Below, piece by piece: positions 42,101-51,876 of a stretch of 64,000 bases of DNA. The notes beneath the pieces were generated by a model. The model saw only the letters and a list, made by a program, of their open reading frames with translations, searched no databases and was not told the DNA's origin. The position numbers were made by a program, and so were the translations under genes. Origin of the DNA: a virus. The stretch's first letter is position 1. Each line of letters begins with the position of its first letter. The stretch lies in the IMG/VR virus record IMGVR_UViG_3300033145_001255, positions 5,216 to 69,215 of that record; one strand, 5' to 3'.

Positions 42101-43320
42101 GGGGCTTTACATGGAACGGGTCTGGATGGTCTGCGAACAATTCGCTGGTTGCCGGATTGCCGGACGCTGGTTTCTATTCCAGCCCGCATGTGTTCTATCT
42201 CGATAATTATTATTGGTTGATGCTCGGTAATTATGATGATACGCCTGGATATAGGTTCAAAACATATAGGTGGTCTGGTTCTAATTGGGCTGCTAATACC
42301 TCGATTGACGACGGGCTGAACTTCTCGTGCAATGCGCAATATACATCTGTCGAGACTTATAACCTGTCAGGTGATTTCTGCCTGTTCAGGGTGTGCAGGG
42401 ATAATGTGCCTTATGTCAATACCTACATCTGGAACGGTTCAGGTTGGGATACGAGCGCGACATGGGATGCAGGCCTGTATCAGGAAGCGACTTATTCAAC
42501 ACCGGAGATATTCGAGGTTGATTCTGTAACTTATATGTTGACATCAAGAACTGACGGCGCTGTTCAGAAGCGCGCCCTGTATATCTTGTCAGGCCAGACT
42601 TGGACAGAAGATACTACTCTTTATGATATAGAACAGCCAACATTGGCGGGTTATGTCAGGCACAGTGTAATTGATATCTCAGGAACTAAATATCTACTGG
42701 ACGGAAACTATGACCAGCATCCGACAAATTATAGACCTAATGGATATATTATTGATGAATCTGATTATCAGGTTCCTGTTAGCTTTACAGCAGATACATT
42801 GGGCACTCTCGGGCTCGCAGGCCAGAACATATCATACTTCGGCTCGAAAGCCATTAATGTAACAGCGCATAACGACGACTCGTCTTATACAGATTCACAT
42901 TTAATCAACGTGCGCTACGACAACTACACATCAGACTATCCGTACCAGTCTGACTATCTCACGTTCTGGCTGCCGCACGGCAATGCAAAGAACATCGAGC
43001 CGGTAGGCCAGACTTATTTCCAGAACGGGACAGATATAGAATCAACAACGTCATGGGACTGGAACTGGAACCTGTCAATATCTTTGAACCAATCGCTCGA
43101 CTCGTGCCTCGCGCTGACAGTCAAGAACTCGACAGATGATTCAGATGCGGGGCAGGTAATAAATACAACCGCCCGTACATTATGGGAAATCAATAAGATG
43201 GACATGTTCGGGCTGGACTGGTATCTGGACGCTACAGACTGCAATCGGTCAGTACTTGGAATCTATAAGTTCTATCCGAAATTTGAATCTAACTGCGCGG
43301 AGTGTGTGCCGATATGGTGA
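39199..43320 (+). CDS. Large signal-peptide-bearing multidomain adhesin/surface glycoprotein-like protein
   Basis: 1373 aa, hydrophobic N-terminus, very many NxS/T sequons, beta-propeller-like WNGSGW repeats, paired Cys. Confidence 0.55.
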   Translation: MNDYIKVLGVLVFLASASAVYIVFEDAGVKMRIDNDVSKFYVQDGRWLISGEERNKLYSGSKLVYKDARNVERNEVYDGLKGTITRRTPYKNGAMILDTYEFDGALEAVEDFPVAHTIEIFDAKGLIYMYEVKRLVYTGASVWDVTSPQSFGRNMKVEFDDGYYYSSIYKYKNKDEGRLWVKYRITEDYVKLDMRLFDPIISENWCYQETATTSTSCGGLDSGNYSFEIDYMYINYSKPVYALSDSVWRVKHGALSAYNISIPTDCWDYDSSFLIFKFDSDFEFNVRGNSTPFCYNGSWKQIGTNSYSACGDAHYGGAGQDQAKTYDGDWDTAAGEIGVVMDWRDTLTSCGTYAYIYEDAMWWHMQDLKLYLNGTSSDRYYEYGSYANLTVDTNTAENVWLDIDAPGYGVNYTNSSTGYLEYDFLTFSGLDKFNDTDSAQNHTANGSFYFTLNKYDVLDYAYVNLTGYSMIELGGGNAVDPPYGTPTSSGSIIDYNNNISISGTVTKYEVACNVPGEFKLKIFRANGTHYVFIGDDTETLSVGIHNYTSSIDVQKGDLIGCFMPDTSMKVERYSSGTIKYVSLQDVNTSAYGDWSTNNGFALAVRVYVDEHIYPADLKLDVGDDGTDDIVLTGSLNDITVWLDEVDNTTAKNLTYTQAGGQIVYLDIYQSSTVDYTKMNFTGHEHYGDTDLEDGYSCSGTFHGSHQCILAVDEDWSTYADAFDASTCYIYTSYTTLGGADINLTAKVRCWNDVGITDSDRFNISCWNFTSTAWSEIANKKTMGCGTGSPSVLNYTHELDSSCESDGDVRFKYYLYSKEGGSEQLYEDKVTAKSYPQNISFDTGNDLHIDYTGTTALTTETQIDLNTTAIQDWIDDECSTVPCAVPISIYTQTSGIIELTDVDVRSTIDNPLALDIDPMNTFLDKPMVFRNYSTITDVLMNATESFSHITEFQYGGTNIISGEFTGEFWGFTWNGSGWSANNSLVAGLPDAGFYSSPHVFYLDNYYWLMLGNYDDTPGYRFKTYRWSGSNWAANTSIDDGLNFSCNAQYTSVETYNLSGDFCLFRVCRDNVPYVNTYIWNGSGWDTSATWDAGLYQEATYSTPEIFEVDSVTYMLTSRTDGAVQKRALYILSGQTWTEDTTLYDIEQPTLAGYVRHSVIDISGTKYLLDGNYDQHPTNYRPNGYIIDESDYQVPVSFTADTLGTLGLAGQNISYFGSKAINVTAHNDDSSYTDSHLINVRYDNYTSDYPYQSDYLTFWLPHGNAKNIEPVGQTYFQNGTDIESTTSWDWNWNLSISLNQSLDSCLALTVKNSTDDSDAGQVINTTARTLWEINKMDMFGLDWYLDATDCNRSVLGIYKFYPKFESNCAECVPIW

Positions 43321-43582
43321 AGACAATCTGCGTGCGCTGCGGAGTTCAGGGCGAGATACCTGACAATGAAGTTGACATCAAGAGCTTGGATAAGATGGCG
43401 CGCTTGTCGTTCGAGGCAGGGATACTAAGAGTTGTATGTGATGAATGCGACGACACTGTTTGACTTGTATTTGATATTATTACTGGTATGTTTACTGGCA
43501 GTTGTTGCAGGATTATGCGCAGGCTATTACATGTGTATGACGAAAGAAACAATATTCGAGAAGTATAAGAGGAAGATGCGCA

Positions 43583-45109
43583 ATGGTTTCACGAACTAAG
43601 AACGGGATAGTATTCCAGCAGCCGGACTATCGCTATCCGAAACTGGCAGTTGAGATAGACGGCGAGGATGTGACATCGTACGTGCATGCGCATAACGTCG
43701 TGCGTAGATGTAATGGTGGCGTGTGCAGTGCCGGCATTACACTTGTCAACCACAAGGCGCGCTATACAAATAAATGGACTGGCGCGGAAGTTGTCAAGGT
43801 CTATCATGATTATGTAGACGCATCTCACCAAGTCTTCGAGGGCAGGATGGACGAGGGCGCTCTGGGCGCCGGCATGTCAGGCTTGACGTTCAATGTATTC
43901 GCGCGCGATTACGGGGTCGAGGCATTGGAGAATCCTGTCTATAAGTTCTGGACTTCGCCTGTTACCTGCGATACGGTCTTCAAGGCATTGGTTGACGAGT
44001 ATATGACAGGCTATACATATACCGGCGTTGAGGCAATGACCGAGACTATGCAGCCTGAATGGGAGGGTGTCATGCTATGGCAATGCCTGAAAGAGATAGC
44101 CGAGAAATGCGGGGCTTTGTTCTACTGCGGTGATCATACTCACGGATGGCGCGACTGGCAATTATTCAAGTCCGGGTCGCGCACATGCCTGGACGAGATG
44201 ATATCATTGAAAGGCAATATTAGCAGGTTCAATAATAAGTGGAGTATCCTGCCTATCAAGAACTTTGTGACTGTGCAGGCGCAGTCTGTCGAGGGGTTGC
44301 CGCTATACAGGTCTGCTGAGAATCTTATCTCGCAGAATACTTACTGGAAGAAATGGAAGTCCATCACCGAAAGTAATATACGCGGTAATGACTATTGCCA
44401 GGCGCGGGCAGATACTTATCTGGACGAGAACGACGATAAGAAATTCTACGGCGACTTCCAGTCCATATCACTGCCTAACCTATTGCCGGGCAGTCAGATG
44501 CTGGTGATAGCGCCCGAATGCGAGGTTGTCGGCTATAAGACAATCAGGAAGTTTTCATTAAGCCAGTCAGGCGCAAGCCCGTACACGACTATGGCAAGCT
44601 TCGATGATATCAATAAGATAACTTTGATTAAGAGTTTGATAGATACGCGCAGGGATGTGACGAATATCCAGGCGCGCAGCAATCCCTACGGCATGAAGCA
44701 CGGCTACTTATACAAGTTCTGGAAGTATGATACTGACGACAAGCAGGTCGACGATTCCTCGCAGCTTGACTCGTCATCTTCTGATGTCGAGGTCTATGAG
44801 AAGCAGTTGGTATCTTCGGTGTCTGGCGGGACTGGTACTGCGATACTGGGCTCGCATACGCACAGCTCGGATATCGAGAGTATTGTTCTTAAGGTGCGCA
44901 CTAACTACCGCAATAACGAGATTGGCTCATGCAAGGCGTATGTCTCGATTGATAACAAGCTCACATATACGCAGGTCAATCCGGGCTCGAAATACACTGC
45001 TGCTGATTTAGGCTCGACTGGCAAGATAATCAATGCCAAGATAGAGTATCATCCAGACGCGGCTAATACTGTTCCTCGTTTTGCTGCGCTCGGATTATAT
45101 TTCTCGTAG
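43583..45109 (+). CDS. Baseplate hub/tail tip protein
   Basis: VEIDGEDVT, VFEGRMD, ARDY, L.EIAE..G..FY, N.V.V, ARA..YL and P.L.PG patterns of hub proteins. Confidence 0.6.
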   Translation: MVSRTKNGIVFQQPDYRYPKLAVEIDGEDVTSYVHAHNVVRRCNGGVCSAGITLVNHKARYTNKWTGAEVVKVYHDYVDASHQVFEGRMDEGALGAGMSGLTFNVFARDYGVEALENPVYKFWTSPVTCDTVFKALVDEYMTGYTYTGVEAMTETMQPEWEGVMLWQCLKEIAEKCGALFYCGDHTHGWRDWQLFKSGSRTCLDEMISLKGNISRFNNKWSILPIKNFVTVQAQSVEGLPLYRSAENLISQNTYWKKWKSITESNIRGNDYCQARADTYLDENDDKKFYGDFQSISLPNLLPGSQMLVIAPECEVVGYKTIRKFSLSQSGASPYTTMASFDDINKITLIKSLIDTRRDVTNIQARSNPYGMKHGYLYKFWKYDTDDKQVDDSSQLDSSSSDVEVYEKQLVSSVSGGTGTAILGSHTHSSDIESIVLKVRTNYRNNEIGSCKAYVSIDNKLTYTQVNPGSKYTAADLGSTGKIINAKIEYHPDAANTVPRFAALGLYFS

Positions 45110-45149
45110 AACCAAAACACTTATATACTGGTTCGTCCATTTAGGGAGT

Positions 45150-45347
45150 ATGACTTATCAACCAACTAAGACAGTGACTCGGGGCGCGTACAGCTTTCTA
45201 TTGACAGGCGCTTCTTCACTTGCAGGCATGCTACTGTTTATACCTGAGATGTGCAACGATCCATATACAATGAGCGCTATCGCGGCTATCGGGACAGGGC
45301 TTACCAGGATGATAGCTAACTTTGCCAAACATCACAACGATGCGTGA
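45150..45347 (+). CDS. Holin-like two-TM protein
   Basis: Two hydrophobic helices at the end of the tail block. TTATATA box ~29 nt upstream of ATG 45150. Confidence 0.45.
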   Translation: MTYQPTKTVTRGAYSFLLTGASSLAGMLLFIPEMCNDPYTMSAIAAIGTGLTRMIANFAKHHNDA

Positions 45348-45616
45348 ACGCTATGTCTGACCGTGAATTACTGGAACGTATAGTGAAGGTAGATGAAGAT
45401 ATAGCTCGTACTATGAAGCGGCTCGATACTAGTTTCGACAGGCGCATGGAACCCATCAGGATTCAGATGGAATATAACCAGAAAATAATATTTAAGATTA
45501 TCATACCTATTGTTGTCGGGCTTGTGCTTTTGGTTGCGGCTTCTTCTGAGCCTGGCTCGACTGTTGTTAGCGGCGCGGGTAATGTGATTAAGAGCTTTGT
45601 CGGGCAGGGAATATAG
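45344..45616 (+). CDS. Coiled-coil + TM membrane protein (lysis-associated?)
   Basis: Charged N-terminus then a TM helix. Confidence 0.4.
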   Translation: MNAMSDRELLERIVKVDEDIARTMKRLDTSFDRRMEPIRIQMEYNQKIIFKIIIPIVVGLVLLVAASSEPGSTVVSGAGNVIKSFVGQGI

Positions 45617-45619
45617 TGG

Positions 45620-46050
45620 CTTCTGGTAATACGGAGAGTGTTTCACGCAAACCCAAACTGCACCCCGAGGGGCCAGCCCCCGTTTGGGTTGCGACGGACA
45701 GTTCAATTACTTATTATCATGCGCGCTCTTGTTACGCAAATCGACTTAGGCACAATGGGTCGGGCGTAACTGACCTGTGCATGGGCGAGTCAGGCACGCC
45801 CCTATGCGAGCTTCGTGCCTAAGTAACGATTTCTGTTTCTCGACTGCGTTTCCTTGCACTATTCCATTGGTTCCTGCGTCTCCTACGTCAAGAACCAGTC
45901 ATGCGAGCGCATCAATCTTTATCCATTACGCCCTAGTGACTTGATGATATTGGCTCGGGCGAGAGATAGCGCCTGCGGCGAGTATGACAACGGACTCATC
46001 CTGCGCGCCGGCAGTGATTATCTAGCCCATCTTCTATGAAGTTTATTTCA
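45620..46050 (-). ncRNA. Candidate ~430-nt structured non-coding RNA
   Basis: Nested long helices with G-U pairs on the - strand. No credible ORF. TATA-like TTCATAAATA upstream at ~46097-46106. Confidence 0.5.
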
Positions 46051-46240
46051 ATTCATTTATGCGCACCTCTGGATATGCAATTGTTTTCAAGCGGTCTATT
46101 TATGAAGTTGGTTCAGACTGCACCCTAACTATATTCTAATTTCGGCTAGCTATGCGTGGGCTCGGGCTAGCTCGAAATCAGATATAGCCAGGGCGCACCC
46201 AATGGCGCATGAAAAAAATTGCACTTGGAGGTGCTTGAAT

Positions 46241-46615
46241 ATGAATGTGAAAGTAAACTTTGGCGATGATGGAAATGTAATAATCCCTGCAGGCTTGCCG
46301 CGCGGGACAATCAAAAAGTCATTCTGTAAGGATGACAGTTATTTTATGAGGTCTGGATTCTCTGAGATTCCGCAGCCGATGTTCGCGGATGGTCGCGAGG
46401 TCGAGGTTGAAGTGCGCGGTGTTGCGGTTCCTCGACAGGTCTTGCACAAGGATAAAATCATAGAGTCGTTTGAGGCATGGGAAATGTTCGGTGAACATAA
46501 CCAAATGATGCCCGTTGCAGTAGACATCAACAAGCTGATGGTTCTCTGCGAGGTTCACTCGTTTGTCGCGCAGATTGAGTCTGACGCGCGCAGAATTGGA
46601 GGTCTATTATTTTAG
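46241..46615 (+). CDS. Hypothetical protein, first of the early region
   Basis: GGAGGTG RBS upstream of ATG 46241. Confidence 0.55.
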   Translation: MNVKVNFGDDGNVIIPAGLPRGTIKKSFCKDDSYFMRSGFSEIPQPMFADGREVEVEVRGVAVPRQVLHKDKIIESFEAWEMFGEHNQMMPVAVDINKLMVLCEVHSFVAQIESDARRIGGLLF

Positions 46616-46767
46616 GCGTCACTGCCTAAATTTCTTTTTTTTATCTTTGTGAAAAAAAAATAAATTGTTTATGAGGTGAATGAAGATGTATATGATATAT
46701 AACCTAACTCAGTTGGCAGGCGCGTTGATAATAATAATTATCGGCATGGTCATGTGAATGATTATTC

Positions 46768-46801
46768 TATCGGCAAGGCACGTATTGGTAAAGCATATAT
46801 G
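46768..46801 (+). promoter_or_regulatory. Promoter with upstream motif TATCGGCAAGG(C/T)ACGTAT (second copy 53802-53835)
   Basis: Two near-identical 34-mers ending TAAAG(C/T)ATATATG, each 36 nt before an ATG. Confidence 0.65.
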
Positions 46802-47341
46802 CTGCTGTCGGTATTAAATAAATACGAGGTGTAAACTATGGACAAAGTGAAGGTGTGGTTTAAGACATACAAAAGGATTGAAGTTACAGACGATGATGAG
46901 AATCCAACTTATCGTGAAGAAGGAAAGATGAATGTTGAAACAATGGATTATAATGTCGAATTTCTGCGCGATTGGGTTGGAATGAAATCAGTTCAACATG
47001 GAGAAGACGGTGGTTCTTTCGATGTTGTTTGTATTACTAATATGGACGACAGCATCATTGATGGATGGAAAGGTATGGTTAAATAAGGAGTTGGTGAACT
47101 ATGAAGAAAATAAATATGAAAAAAGATCTGAAAAATATCTTCTATAACAAGAAAGTTATAGAAGCAAAACCACCGAGCATTGCGGGGGAAAAATTCTACT
47201 TTGCCTTTGAAGTAGAACTGTTGGAACTGAATAGTGGGATTATTGGCAATCTTACAAATTTAGCAAAGACTCATGATATGGTATTGTCATGGGCATATAA
47301 TAGAGGTAAGTTGAGATTTGCCTTTATATAATGGTGAACAA

Positions 47342-48139
47342 ATGAAAAACAATAAAGTAGGTGAACTAATCGAGTCTGCGCAGGCTCAGTTACTCGAGAA
47401 GATAAAGGACGGCGCGACAATAGAAAAGGTCAGGTCATTCCTGGACATAAGCGCAAGCTTCTGTAATTACAGTTTCAGGAACCAGATACTGATATGGTCG
47501 CAGAACAGGAAAGCTACGCGCGTTGCAGGATTCCATTCATGGAAGAAATTGGGGCGCAGTATAACAGCAGGATCCAGAAGTATAAAGATAATCGCGCCAT
47601 GCCCGTACACGAAGAAAGACGCGGACGGCATCGAGGAAGAGTATATCAACTTCCGGGCAGTCTCTGTATTCGATGTCGAGCAGACACACGGCAGGGAATT
47701 GCCTGACATCTGCGACGTGCAGGGCAATTCAGAAGCAGATACATTAGATGATACTGTGAAGTATGCTGAACTATCGGGCGCGAAGGTCGAGTTCTGCAAG
47801 ACAGGGCGCGCTGACGGCTGGGTTGACGGCAACAGTGACATATCAATCAGTGACAACATGGCGCCCAACAAGCAGCTGATAACATTGTTCCATGAACTGT
47901 CGCATATCAGGCTCGGTCATATCGGCTCGAAAGAGGATAAGCAGAAGAAAGAAATTGAGGCTGAGGTCTGCGCGTATGTGGTCTCGAAACACTTCGGGAT
48001 TGACGCGAAGTCAGAGGAATATCTCTTGACATACAAAGCCGAAGACGAGCAGATAATGGACGCGTTCTCGCATGCCACTAAGACAGCAGGCGCGATAATT
48101 GCAGGGGTCGAGCAGCAGCGTGTTGCCTGCTCTGCTTAA
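47342..48139 (+). CDS. ardC: ArdC-like antirestriction protein (ssDNA-binding N-domain + HExxH zincin domain)
   Basis: YSFRNQILI..Q..AT.VAGF.SWKKLGR, VFDVEQT.G, TLFHELSH, EIEAE. Confidence 0.8.
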   Translation: MKNNKVGELIESAQAQLLEKIKDGATIEKVRSFLDISASFCNYSFRNQILIWSQNRKATRVAGFHSWKKLGRSITAGSRSIKIIAPCPYTKKDADGIEEEYINFRAVSVFDVEQTHGRELPDICDVQGNSEADTLDDTVKYAELSGAKVEFCKTGRADGWVDGNSDISISDNMAPNKQLITLFHELSHIRLGHIGSKEDKQKKEIEAEVCAYVVSKHFGIDAKSEEYLLTYKAEDEQIMDAFSHATKTAGAIIAGVEQQRVACSA

Positions 48140-48260
48140 TGCAATTTATTTTTTTTTAGACTGGGTAGAAAAAAAATAAATTTGAGGTGAATGTTATGGA
48201 TGAAAATATGAACGGCCTTGATGAGTATGCGCACATCGTATATAAACAGGAGAGGATGTT

Positions 48261-48599
48261 ATGACTCTGCATAACGGTCAGAAAAAGTTATATAAATTAT
48301 TCAATGAGAATAAAAAAACAGTTGCATACAGACCTGTCAGGTGGGGAAAAACTTTTCTGCTTGCGCATATTGCAGTTGAACAAATCAATAAGGGCAAAGT
48401 TGTTTACATCGGTACAAATGAACATCTAAAAGATGAAATTGATTATATGCTGTCCGAACAGAATATAAAATATCGTGGAACTCAAATCTTGATGCGTGAT
48501 GAATATATTGGAAAGGATGTCGATGTCTGTTTGCTCATGTCAGATAAATGTCCTTATCCTGTTGAATGTAAGAAAATTTTTAGGTTGTGTTTATTATGA
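48261..48599 (+). CDS. Short P-loop-like protein (helicase/terminase-type fragment)
   Basis: LHNGQ...RWGKT. Only 112 aa. Confidence 0.45.
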   Translation: MTLHNGQKKLYKLFNENKKTVAYRPVRWGKTFLLAHIAVEQINKGKVVYIGTNEHLKDEIDYMLSEQNIKYRGTQILMRDEYIGKDVDVCLLMSDKCPYPVECKKIFRLCLL

Positions 48600-49292
48600 G
48601 TTCGGAAGTCTATGTTATGTTGCTGATTGCATTGATGGGTGGGATGTTGTTCTACCTTATTATGATTGCACTTATTGAATACCAAAATGAAAAAGAAAAG
48701 AAGCGTGCAATAGAGATATCAGACGATGAGTTTGATAAGTCAATGAACTGCGGCGGCTTACCTGTAGGTTTGCCATGTAATGACAAGACATGCGCGCATT
48801 ACAATCTATGCAAAGCAATAACAGGTTAATGCAATTTATTTTTTTTTAGACTGGGTAGAAAAAAAAACAAATTTGGAGTTGGTGAACATGAAAGTAACAG
48901 TAGAAATGAACGACGGTGCGCATGTGCGTACAGGCGCTATGAAACCTTTTGATGCAGTGCATGCATTATTGAGAGGCGCGACAATCAGGATGGGTGGCTG
49001 TGTATGAAGCCGAACAACGAGCGCATCCGTGAGTTGCAGGCTTTGATGTCGGCTAACTCGCGCAGGAACAACGAGATATTCCAGAAGACAGACCATCTCG
49101 ACCAGCATATCCTGTTTGATAATATCAGGATTAAGGACGAGATTGGCAGGCTGTCGTCTGCGAAGAATATGGACGTGTCGGCATTGGCTTGATATTGGCA
49201 TCTCCAAACGCGGGCGTGCAAGCGCCCGCATTATTATCTTATTTCGCGCTGCTGACTCTATGAAGTTGGCGCGGCGCGGGGAGTTGAAAACT

Positions 49293-49694
49293 ATGAAAGA
49301 AATGGTAGATGAATTGAAAACACAACGAGTTGAACTTGAAGATGCAAAAGAAGAATACAAATCAGAAATGATTAAGTTCGACGAAGATCATAAAAAGCTT
49401 ATTGAAAAAAAGATTGAGTTACAGAAATCAATGTCTGACTTGGTAATTAATATCCAGACAGCCGCGCTCAAAGAGTACAAAGAGACAGAGAACAAGAAAC
49501 CATATCCGGGAATCGGCATACGCGTGATACCTAAACTCGAATATGACGAGGGCAATGCTATGGCGTGGGCTAAGAAACATGACCTGGCATTATGTCTCGA
49601 CAAGCGCGCGTTCGAGAACTTGGCAAAGACGCAGCCATTTGATTTTGTTAAGATTAAGGATAACCCGAAGGTAACTATCTCAGCTAACCTCTAA
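49293..49694 (+). CDS. Coiled-coil protein, Gp157/Gam-like
   Basis: Coiled coil then K.YPGIGIR...YD...A.AWA...LDK.AF. Confidence 0.45.
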   Translation: MKEMVDELKTQRVELEDAKEEYKSEMIKFDEDHKKLIEKKIELQKSMSDLVINIQTAALKEYKETENKKPYPGIGIRVIPKLEYDEGNAMAWAKKHDLALCLDKRAFENLAKTQPFDFVKIKDNPKVTISANL

Positions 49695-50241
49695 GCAAAT
49701 TTATTTTTTTACTATGGGTAGAAAAAAATAAATCTGGTATGGCCGGATAAAGGAGTTGGTGAACAATGAAAGAAGAAAACGATTTGAGAAAAGTGTGCAA
49801 CGGGCTAGGCGTGCGCCACCTGAACACAGACAGGATAGAGTATCAGCGCACACATCTGCTGGAAAGCCCTATGGCATTCCTGGCAAGAGAGACAGGGGTT
49901 GATTTTATATGACCTCTGAGACTGGCTATGATTTGGCGCGGGGTCTGCTCGCGCTTGTTAATCCGAGTATGGATGAGGAAGATTGATATGTTCAACAGAA
50001 TAGTTAGAGGACTGTCGCAGGGCGAGCTTGACAAGCTCACGGACAGTCAGCTAGAAACATATAACCACAGGCTTGATTGTTTAAGGCATGGGAGTATGAG
50101 CGCATGAAAGCAGAACACTACATACTAAGCAAGACCATCCGCATCACGGGAATCGCAGATGCGGATGTTCATAACATCAAGAGCGCGCTTGCCATGTGCG
50201 GCGTGCCAGTTAAGACTGCAAAATTCGGAGGTTGTTGAACT

Positions 50242-50664
50242 ATGAGAACATTCAGGACAATGTTGGTGAGAGAAGGGTCGGGCGTAGAGAAAGCAGATAA
50301 TGCAAGCTGTATCGCTAAGTTGTGTTCGGACATGCAAGACTTAGACCATGAAGAGTTCCGTGTGTTGATGTTGTCATCTCGTAATGAAGTAATCGGCAAG
50401 CAGACAGTAAGCATGGGTACATTGGATCAGACTTTAATCCATCCGCGTGAAGTGTTCAAGGCTGCTATTCTCGCCAGTGCCGCAGGTATAATCTTGGTGC
50501 ATAACCATCCAAGCGGTGACTCGAAGCCGAGTGAAGATGATAAATCTGCAACCAGAAAATTGAACAAGGCATCGGAGATATTGGGTATCGAATTGTTAGA
50601 CCATTTGATTATCGGTTGTGGTAATCACACGTCTTTAAAAGAAGAAGGATTAATGGGGTGTTGA
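50242..50664 (+). CDS. radC: RadC-like JAB/MPN domain protein
   Basis: EEFRVL, HPREVFK.A, VHNHPSGD..PSEDD, LLDHLII. Confidence 0.9.
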   Translation: MRTFRTMLVREGSGVEKADNASCIAKLCSDMQDLDHEEFRVLMLSSRNEVIGKQTVSMGTLDQTLIHPREVFKAAILASAAGIILVHNHPSGDSKPSEDDKSATRKLNKASEILGIELLDHLIIGCGNHTSLKEEGLMGC

Positions 50665-51420
50665 ACTATGAACCAGCGAGTACAGAACGAGATGCGCGAC
50701 ATGACTCAAAAGGAGTTGCGCGAAGTTGAAGAGGAAGCCAGACGGTTATTGTTTCTTTCAAAAAGTATGAAACTTGGAGGTTGTTGAATATGTATAAACG
50801 AGAAGTGATAGAGAAAGAGATAGATGATACATTGATTATGGGTACTGACCCTGCTGAACGTACAGCGCAAGCGTTATCCGCATTGGCAATGCTTGAGTAC
50901 AACAAGCAATATGGACAGAAGGTGATGGATTGATGGAAGACAATACATTCGCAGCTGCATGCTATAACGAGAACTCGACAGACGAGTTGATAGATGCATT
51001 GCTTCAAAACAGCGCAGATGAATACGACTGCAAGCAATGGAGTATTTCTCCTACGAAATGGAGGAAAGATATTGCAGAAGCATTGCGCGAGAAAATAAAA
51101 GACATGGAGGAGAAGTAGTATGACAGAAAAAACATTTGAGCAAGTCCTAGAAGAAGAATGCGAGGACGATGCTTACGAGCACGCAATGGACGACAAGGCA
51201 GAGGAGAAGCGCAAGCTCGCGCAAGAGGTAGAGCATGAGGATGATTGATATGCAGATGCAACTAGGCGATCTCGTAAAGCCCAAGCGCAATGAGCCGGAA
51301 CCAGAAGACGAGGAGAACGAGGGCGCGGTTGCATGGCAGCCTGATAAGAAGTATTGAATTTATTTTTTTATAATGGGTAGAAAAAAATAAATCCTTATCG
51401 AAGGATGGAGTTGGTGAACA

Positions 51421-51876
51421 GTGAGTGGAAAATACAAAGTAGAAACCGTCGTAATGAAGGTCGATGAGAAAGTGACTAAGCAGGGCAAGAAGTATCAGCG
51501 CATACAGACTACGCAGGATAACTTCTGGCGCTCGAACTTCGGCGACAAGCTGGAAGAAGGCGACAGGATATCATGCGAGTTCGAGGATACCGAGCAGGGA
51601 TATCACAATATGGGTAGTGCCAAGAAGCTAGGCAAACTCGCTATCCCGAAAGACAAGCCAGAACCAAAGGCAGACTTCAAGCAGGCGAGCAATATCAAGC
51701 CGCGCCCTGAACTGGCAGAACTGAAAGATGCAGCCAAGCAGATGTTCGGGGATAGTGCGAGCATAGTCCGTGAAGTGCTTGACGTCGATAAGTTGCCGCC
51801 AGACGCGCTTAGGTGCGTGAACTCTGTGTTCATCTTCATAACGAACCAGAGATATCCAAATGGAAAAAGGTATTGA
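51421..51876 (+). CDS. Putative OB-fold ssDNA-binding/annealing protein
   Basis: EKVTKQGKKY..I...W.S.F...EGD.I...F.....YHN OB-like pattern. Confidence 0.4.
   Translation: MSGKYKVETVVMKVDEKVTKQGKKYQRIQTTQDNFWRSNFGDKLEEGDRISCEFEDTEQGYHNMGSAKKLGKLAIPKDKPEPKADFKQASNIKPRPELAELKDAAKQMFGDSASIVREVLDVDKLPPDALRCVNSVFIFITNQRYPNGKRY

Larger units (their letters stand above)
46628..51392 (+). terminator. Five T-tract/A-tract hairpins (46628, 48143, 48833, 49698, 51357)
   Basis: AATTTATTTTTTT..TGGGTAG..AAAAAAATAAAT just after stop codons. 41 bp identical at 48136-48176 and 48826-48866. Confidence 0.6.

Noticed and set aside
26284-43320. Diversity-generating retroelement acting on adhesins
   Set aside because: No reverse transcriptase and no template/variable repeat pair with adenine-specific mismatches seen.
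45610-46030. RNase P RNA-like words (CTAGATAAT, GTGAAAC, CCAGAAG) on the - strand
   Set aside because: Elements are out of order and P4 pairing cannot be formed. Kept only as an unclassified ncRNA.
48261-48599. Terminase large subunit
   Set aside because: Only 112 aa with a Walker A-like motif, no nuclease domain, and in the early region.
46628-51392. Repeats as a CRISPR array
   Set aside because: Spacing is 0.7-1.7 kb with genes in between. No cas genes.
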